From the NCBI RefSeq assembly GCF_029525575.1, contig NZ_JAPDIA010000003.1:712214-736213 (forward strand): 24,000 bases of DNA. Direction: 5' to 3'. Shown here piece by piece: positions 16,733 through 22,731 of this stretch. Made by a program: the position numbers and the translations under genes. The notes beneath the pieces are model-generated. The model saw nothing but the letters and a program-made list of their open reading frames with translations. It had not been told where the DNA came from and made no database searches. The stretch is from Cohnella rhizosphaerae (lineage in GTDB: Bacteria > Bacillota > Bacilli > Paenibacillales > Paenibacillaceae). Each line of letters opens with the position of its first letter. Position 1 is the stretch's first letter.

Positions 16733-16858
16733 CGTTGAGGCGCATGGAAGGGCTACTTCGACTTTTAATCGGCTTGTCGTTGGTTCGAATCCAACTCCCG
16801 CTTCGGCAGGATAGCTCAGACGGTAGAGCAGCATGCCTTTCCGACCTTTTCCTCAACG
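16733..16858 (+). ncRNA. yrlA: YrlA-type Y RNA (element B) with circularly permuted tRNA-like domain
   Basis: Outer stem CGTTGAGG (16733-16740) / CCTCAACG (16851-16858). Loop CGCAT versus GACCTTTT. Inner helix GGAAGGG (16746-16752) / CCTTTCC (16836-16842), followed by CTACTTCG. Interior, in order: hairpin (T)CGA-CTTTTAA-TCG(G) (16758-16772); T-arm GTTGG-TTCGAAT-CCAAC (16779-16795); acceptor-like stem TCCCGC-TTCG-GCAGGA (16796-16811); TA; D-arm GCTC-AGACGGTA-GAGC (16814-16829). Confidence 0.75.
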
Positions 16859-16874
16859 ATGCAGCACGACAAAC

Positions 16875-16969
16875 GGAGCGAGGCGAACGAGAGGGATACT
16901 TCGATATAAGGGACGGACGTGGCCATACGCTGGCCTTCCGCGAACCTTCTCGGCCATGTTCCTCGCTCC
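16875..16969 (+). ncRNA. Y-RNA-like element C (minimal), immediately upstream of the rsr RBS
   Basis: Outer stem GGAGCGAGG (16875-16883) / CCTCGCTCC (16961-16969). Loop CGAAC versus GGCCATGTT. Inner helix GAGAGGG (16889-16895) / CCTTCTC (16945-16951), followed by ATACTTCG. Inner hairpin GGCCA-tacgc-TGGCC (16921-16935). It ends 10 nt before AAGGAGG (16980-16986). Confidence 0.6.
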
Positions 16970-16995
16970 GCTCTCTTTTAAGGAGGTCAATTCCC

Positions 16996-18496
16996 ATGAG
17001 TTTCGCTAAAAAAGCTGTTCTCGGCCGTCAGGCCGACGACATTGAACCTGGATGGCTATCCGGCTTACGAACGTTCCGCCGAGGAGCGGTACGTGCAGAC
17101 GCTGGTCACCAATACGATGGGCAACACGTTTTACGCAGACGGTCAGTCGCTGCTGATCGAAGCCGAAGCGCTCCATCGCGAGATGGCGCAGCGCGATCCG
17201 CAGTTCATGGCCAAGGCGCTCGTCTATGCGCGGGGCGAAGGCTACATGCGGCTTCAGCCGCTCTACGGCCTCGCGATCCTGTCGGCGTACCGGCCCGACC
17301 TGTTCGCGAGGATCTTCCTTAAGGTCGTGCAGATTCCGTCCGACCTGTCCGACTTCCTGACGATCCTCCAGGGGATGGGCCGGGGGGAGGGCGGCCGGGC
17401 CGTGAAGCGGCAAGTGAACCGGTTTCTGGCCGGCGTATCCGAATACTGGGCCGTCAAGTACAACGGCCGGGGCCGGGGCTACAGCCTCGGCGACGCGATC
17501 GCGACGGCGCACCCGAAGCCGGCGGACCTGAAGCAGCAGGCGCTCTACCGGTACCTGCGGGGCCAGGAGGCGAACCTGTCGCTGCTGCCGCAGGTCCATG
17601 CGCTGGAGCAGCTCAAGCAAGCGACGTCCGAGGCCGAGCGGCTGTACTGGATCGAGACGGGCAAGCTGCCGCACGAGGTCGTCACGGGCGCGGTGAAGCC
17701 GACCAAGGCGATCTGGGAAGCGCTGATCGGCCAGATGCCGACGTTCGCGCTGCTCCGTCATCTGAACGCGCTTGAGCGGGCCGGGGTGCTGGAGGAGCGG
17801 CACAACTTGCAGGCGGTGACCGATCGGCTAACCGACCGGCGCGCGCTTGCCAAGGCGAGGATTCTGCCGTTCCGGTTCGCCAAGGCGTTCCGGCAGGTGG
17901 AGCATCCGGTTCTGCGTGACGCGCTGCGGGACGCGGCGGAGTATACGTTTGAGCATCTGCCGGATCTCGAAGGCCGTACGGCGATCTTCCTCGACATCTC
18001 GGGCTCGATGACCGGCGACTACCTGCAGATCGGCTCGGTGTTCGCGTTGGCGCTGTACAAGAAGACGGAAGGCGACTCCCTGTTCTGGCTGTTCGACACC
18101 GTCGCCGAGGATGCGAAGCCTTCGCGCAGGGACAGCATCCTGTCGCAGGCGGAGCGCATCCGGACGCGAGGCGGCACGGATACGGGCGCGCCGGTGCGCA
18201 AGCTGCTGGCAAAGCGGCACAAGGTCGAGCAGATCGTCATCATCACGGACGAACAGCAAAATGCGGGCAGTCCGTTCTACGAAGCGCTGGCGAAGTACAG
18301 GGCGAAGGTGAACCCCGGCGTCAAGGCGTTTATCGTCGACGTCTCGCCTTACCGTGGCGCGATGGTGCCACAGCAGGATCCCGGTACGTTCTATATCTAC
18401 GGCTGGAGTGACACGGTGCTGAGCTACATCGCGCAGTCGGCCAGGGGCTACGGCTCCATGGTCGAACGGATCGAAGCGATCGATATCGATAACTAG
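16996..18496 (+). CDS. rsr: Rsr, Ro60-related protein (TROVE domain + vWA domain); one frame break in this assembly
   Basis: RBS AAGGAGG 16980-16986, ATG 16996. MSFAKK joins LFSAVRPTTLNLDGYPAYE... if A6 run 17008-17013 is read as A5. The TROVE-like N-terminal ~300 aa includes GNTFYA and RILPFRF. The C-terminal vWA domain has the MIDAS motif DISGSM plus GGTD. Confidence 0.88.
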
Positions 18497-18514
18497 AGGA
18501 AGAGGTGCTTAAAA

Positions 18515-18976
18515 ATGAAGCTGGCAGAGGCGCTGGTCCGCAGGGCGGACAGCCAGAAAAAAATCGCGCAGCTGCGGCAGCGGCTGGAGCGGGTCGTGAA
18601 GGTACAAGAGGGCGAAACGCCCGCGGAGGACCCAACCCTGCTGCTGGCGGAGCTGGAGCAGACGCTCGCCGAGCAGACGTCTTGGGTGCGCAAGATCAAC
18701 AAGACGAATGCGGCGACGCCGTTTAACGCGGAGCTGAGCATCTCGGACGCGCTGGCGGAGCGGGACCGTCTCATGCAGCATCGCAAGCTGCTCGCCGGTC
18801 TGCTTGAGCAGGCGTCGATCAAGCAGGACCGATTCAGCCGTTCGGAGGTCCGATTCGAGCGGACGGTGGACGTCGTGCAGCTTCAAGCTCGCGTGGATGC
18901 GCTGTCCAAAGCCTACCGGGAGATGGATTTTCGCATTCAAGAGATGAACTGGACGACGGAACTCATCGAGACGTAG
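18515..18976 (+). CDS. DIP1984-family (septicolysin-like) coiled-coil protein
   Basis: RBS GAGGAAGAGGTG, ATG 18515, 18 nt after the rsr stop. The sequence MKLAEALVRRADSQKKIAQLRQRL ... ISDALAERDRL matches my recollection of DIP1984-family proteins. Function unknown. Confidence 0.6.
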   Translation: MKLAEALVRRADSQKKIAQLRQRLERVVKVQEGETPAEDPTLLLAELEQTLAEQTSWVRKINKTNAATPFNAELSISDALAERDRLMQHRKLLAGLLEQASIKQDRFSRSEVRFERTVDVVQLQARVDALSKAYREMDFRIQEMNWTTELIET

Positions 18977-18983
18977 CTGCGAA

Positions 18984-19211
18984 GGTAGTCCGAATCAGCC
19001 GAGGCGTGCACAACCCGCCAACGGGGAACGTTGGACTTGAGCGGACACGGGGGCCATGTCCAACCTATCAATCATGAGCCCAGCAAGGTGACGCGCGTAA
19101 CGTGCACCAATCAATGTAACTACCGCGTGCAGATCGGCAGGATTCGGGCGAGGGCGGGAATGGGGAAATCGCAGCGCATTACGACAGCAGGGCGGCAGGC
19201 TTCGGACTACC
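18984..19211 (+). ncRNA. Candidate structured RNA of unknown family closed by an 11-bp perfect terminal helix
   Basis: GGTAGTCCGAA (18984-18994) is the exact complement of TTCGGACTACC (19201-19211), extended by GCCG (18998-19001) / CGGC (19193-19196). Internal hairpins: CCCG-ccaa-CGGG, and the mutually exclusive TTGGAC/GTCCAA versus GGACA/TGTCC. This is the only long (268 nt) non-coding gap between otherwise tightly packed operon genes. Confidence 0.4.
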
Positions 19212-19244
19212 GGAGCCGCCGTTCTACATAGAGGTGATTTTCAG

Positions 19245-20030
19245 ATGGAAACGATCAGAAAAACGATAAGCGATCAGTTGGATCGGCTCGAGCGGGAAGA
19301 GAACGTCCGCATCCTGTATGCGTGCGAATCGGGCAGCCGCGCTTGGGGCTTCCCGTCGCAGGACAGCGACTACGACGTACGGTTCGTCTACGTGCGCGAG
19401 CCGGACTGGTACTTGTCTATATACGATAAAAGAGATGTCATCGAGCGGCCGATCAGCGATCAATTGGACATCAGCGGTTGGGATTTGCGCAAGGCGCTGA
19501 ACCTGTACCGCAAGTCCAACCCGCCGCTGCTCGAATGGCTGCAGTCGCCGATCCGGTACGCCGAGCGCTACACCGTGGCGGAGCAGCTGCGCGCGATCTC
19601 GCCGCTTACCTTTTCGCCGAAGTCCTGCATGTATCACTACCTGAACATGGCCCGCGGCAACTACCGGACGTACCTGCAGGGCGATCGGGTCAAAATTAAA
19701 AAGTATTTCTACGTGCTGCGCCCCGTGCTGGCGTGCGAGTGGATCGAGCGGTACGGCGACATGCCGCCGATGGCGTTCGACGTCCTGACGAACCGGCTCC
19801 TCCCGCGGGACGGAAAGCTCTGGCGCACGGTGCAGCAGTTGCTGGCCCGCAAAAAAGCGGGCGAAGAGCTTGACTACGAGCCGCGGCTCGCCGTAGTCAA
19901 CGATTATCTGGAGGAGCGGCTCGCTCATCTGGAGCGAATCGCCGCCTCGCAGTCATCCAGGGCCGAGCGCCTGGACGACCGGCTGGACGCGCTGTTCCGG
20001 TCGGCGCTGCGGGAGGTATGGGGCGCGTAG
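19245..20030 (+). CDS. RlaP/YcgL-type Pol-beta superfamily nucleotidyltransferase (RNA-ligase-associated)
   Basis: RBS GAGGTG, ATG 19245. The N-terminal block ILYACESGSRAWGFPSQDSDYDVRFVY is the hallmark of this predicted nucleotidyltransferase family. 261 aa. Confidence 0.8.
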   Translation: METIRKTISDQLDRLEREENVRILYACESGSRAWGFPSQDSDYDVRFVYVREPDWYLSIYDKRDVIERPISDQLDISGWDLRKALNLYRKSNPPLLEWLQSPIRYAERYTVAEQLRAISPLTFSPKSCMYHYLNMARGNYRTYLQGDRVKIKKYFYVLRPVLACEWIERYGDMPPMAFDVLTNRLLPRDGKLWRTVQQLLARKKAGEELDYEPRLAVVNDYLEERLAHLERIAASQSSRAERLDDRLDALFRSALREVWGA

Positions 20031-20073
20031 CCGCTGTTCATTATTGCAACATAAAGGAGCGTAACGATACAAC

Positions 20074-21301
20074 ATGACCTATCAAACGATAGACGGCGTG
20101 CGCGTCTGGGGCAAGCCCGACGAGAGCGCGCTCTCCCAAGCGAAAACCTGCGCGGTGCACGGCAACGTCGTTCAGGCGCTGCTGATGGCCGACCATCACA
20201 AAGGCTACAGCCAGCCGATCGGCGGCGTGATCGCGTATGACGGCCAGATCTCGCCTTCCGGCGTGGGCTACGACATCGGCTGCGGCAACAAGGCCGTGCG
20301 CACGAACCTGATGGCATGCGACGTACTGCCTCGCCTCGCCGATATCATGGACCGGATCGCGCGCAAGGTGTCTTTCGGCATCGGTCGCATCAACAGCGAG
20401 CCGGTCGATCACGAGCTGTTCGACGATCCGGATTGGAGCGTATATGCGGCGATCGGGCGGCAGGAGCACGACAAGCTGAAGAAGCTTGCCCGCGACCAAC
20501 TCGGAACGGTCGGCAGCGGCAATCATTACGTCGACTTGTTCGTCGAACCCGCCACGGACCGCCTATGGATCGGCAATCACTTCGGCAGCCGGGGCTTCGG
20601 CCACAGGACGGCCAGCGGCTTCCTGAACCTGGCGGCCGGACGCGAATTTCTGGGCAACGCCCCCCGGGGAAAAGATGGATCAGCCGCCCGTGCTGTTCGA
20701 TCTGGACAGCGAGCTCGGAGATCTGTATTACAGGGCGATGAAGCTGGCCGGCCGTTATGCGTATGCCGGGCGCGACTACGTGATCCGGCAGGTGCTGGCG
20801 ATCCTGGGCGCGGAGTCGGACTTCGAGGTGCACAACCATCATAACTACGCGTGGCGCGAGACGCACGGCGGCAAGGATACGATCGTCGTGCGCAAAGGCG
20901 CGACGCCTTCGGCGCCGGGACAGCTTGGGTTCATCGGCGGCAGCATGGGCGATATCTCGGTCATCGTGCGCGGCAAGGATACGGCGGAAAACCGCGATTC
21001 CTTCTACAGCACGGTCCACGGCGCGGGCCGCGTGATGAGCCGCACGCAGGCGGCCGGCAAGATGAATTGGAAGACGCGTACCCGTTCGGGCGGCCTGATC
21101 ACGCCGGAGCAGATGGAGCTGGCGGTCCGCGAGTTCGGCGTCGAGCTCCGTGGCGCGGGAACGGACGAGAGTCCGTTCGTCTATCGCCGGCTGCAGGAGG
21201 TGCTGGACGCGCATGCCGAGACGATCGACGTGCTGCACGTGCTGAAGCCGATCGGGGTATGCATGGCGGGCGCGGACGAGTTCGATCCGTACAAGGACTA
21301 G
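20074..21301 (+). CDS. rtcB: RNA-splicing ligase RtcB (3'-phosphate/5'-hydroxyl ligase); one frame break in this assembly
   Basis: RBS AAAGGAG, ATG 20074. Motifs present: DHHKGY, GYDIGCG, GSGNHY, HFGSRGFGH, HNHHNYA, GGSMG, HGAGR. ORFs 20074..20844 and 20675..21301 join at the C6/G4/A4 run 20660-20673. Confidence 0.92.
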
Positions 21302-21345
21302 TTGTCCACCAGCCTTATCGCCCGCCACAGAGAGGATGATTTTTA

Positions 21346-22731
21346 ATGGCCATCGTTCAGCTCAAGTCGAGCCATCCGCAGTTTACGTTTCTGATCCGCA
21401 AAAATCCTTCTACCGGCATGCAGCTGCGGCAGATCCGCCAAGGCATGGCCTATGGCTGGTACTCGGACGATTCGACGTACAACGTTTACTTCAAGGACGC
21501 CGACAACGATATTTCATATAAAAAAGCAGGAAGACGAGCGCTTCGAGTACTTGAACGTCTCCCGGTACAACACGCCGCTGCTTCCGCTGAGCGCGATTAA
21601 CGAATTTTTCGCGGCGCCGTTCAAAAAAGCACGACGACCGGGACGCGGAAGGCTGCGAGCACGTCTTTTTTCATCAATATGATCCACGTCGACCGGCTTC
21701 GCTACATTGATTTTTTTGAAAAGCACCTGACCGATTATTCCTTCACGCTGGAGCACCGGGCGCACAAAAGCTACGCGCTCACGATCGCCACGCGAAAAAG
21801 CCTGTACGGTCTGCTGCATGTTGCCAGTGTGCTGTGCCTGTTCCTGTCGATGTTTGGAGACGAGCAGATCGACATCTCGGACGTCGTGCTCGACAAGTAC
21901 GTTCCCAGCCTGAACGTCATCGATGCGCCGTTTTTCATTCGCAGCCTGTTTGCGAGAAACTTCCTTCATTCGCGAGAGCGGTTCAAGAAGTACAAGGCAG
22001 TCGTGGAGCGGACGGACCGATATGCCATCGAATTGGCGTTCGGCGGTACGGCGATGCAGCGGCGCAGCTTCATTGCGGGCGTGCTGCCTTTCGACAAACC
22101 GATCCTCGACATTGGCTGCGGCGAGGGCTTTTATGCGATTCCGTTTGCGGGCAAGCTGGAGAGCGCTTATTACGCGGTGGACATCGACGAAGAGCTGCTG
22201 GATACCGTTGCGAGAAAAGCGGCTGCCAAGGAGATAGACAATATCGCGACGTTCGGTTCGCTCGACCGCTTCCTCGAAACATACAACGGCGAGCAGGTCG
22301 ACGTCATCCTCACGGAGGTTGTCGAGCATATGAGCCTGGAGGACGCAGCGGCGTTTGTCCGGCACATCGGCACCGAGGTCGATTTCGAACGGTTGATCGT
22401 GACGACGCCGAACGCGGACTTCAACCGGTATTACGAGCTGGAAGGGTTCCGGCATGAGGATCATAAGTGGGAATTGGGCCAGGCGGCGTTCCGGCAATGG
22501 TTTGCAGATACGGTACAAGGGCTGCCGCTCGATTGCGAGTTTGTCGAAATCGGAGATCGGGTGGACGGCGTTCATACGACGCAGGGCGTCATCGTCCGCA
22601 GAGGGGGAGGGGTAGCGCATGGAGATGGCGACGCGCGTGCATACGATATTTATGCTGGTCGGCTCAAGCGAATGCGGCAAGACGACGTTTGCAAAAGAAG
22701 TGATGATGCCGCAGCTGCGTCTGACGGATGA
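21346..22731 (+). CDS. hen1: Bacterial Hen1, RNA 3'-terminal ribose 2'-O-methyltransferase (N-terminal ligase-activating domain + SAM methyltransferase); three frame breaks; the real stop is probably TAG 22613-22615
   Basis: ATG 21346 (RBS GAGAGGA). Frames are joined across A6 21520-21525, A6 21623-21628 and T6 21666-21671. The SAM motif is ILDIGCGEGFYA. The N-terminal pattern (FEYLNVSRYNTPLLPLSAINEFFAAPF) is typical of bacterial Hen1. If G5 run 22603-22607 is read as G4, the ORF ends ...IVRRGEG* 3 nt before the pnkp ATG. Confidence 0.85.

Noticed and set aside
16705-17322. 205-aa + strand ORF covering the Y-like RNAs and the start of rsr.
   Set aside because: Only codons 16996-17013 are real (the rsr N-terminus before the A6-run frame break). 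The upstream part overlaps structured RNA elements B and C, and the downstream part is out of frame with the TROVE domain.
18984-18994. Resemblance of GGTAGTCCGAA to the GGUCCGA Ro-binding motif at the 5' end of metazoan Y RNAs.
   Set aside because: The match covers only a few nucleotides. The helix here is perfectly paired, without the bulges typical of Ro sites, and the element lacks the module shared by elements A-C. It is therefore not called a Y RNA.
19031-19231. 66-aa ORF in the DIP1984/rlaP gap.
   Set aside because: It has a TTG start, no Shine-Dalgarno and a basic low-complexity product. The region is better explained as a structured RNA closed by an 11-bp helix.
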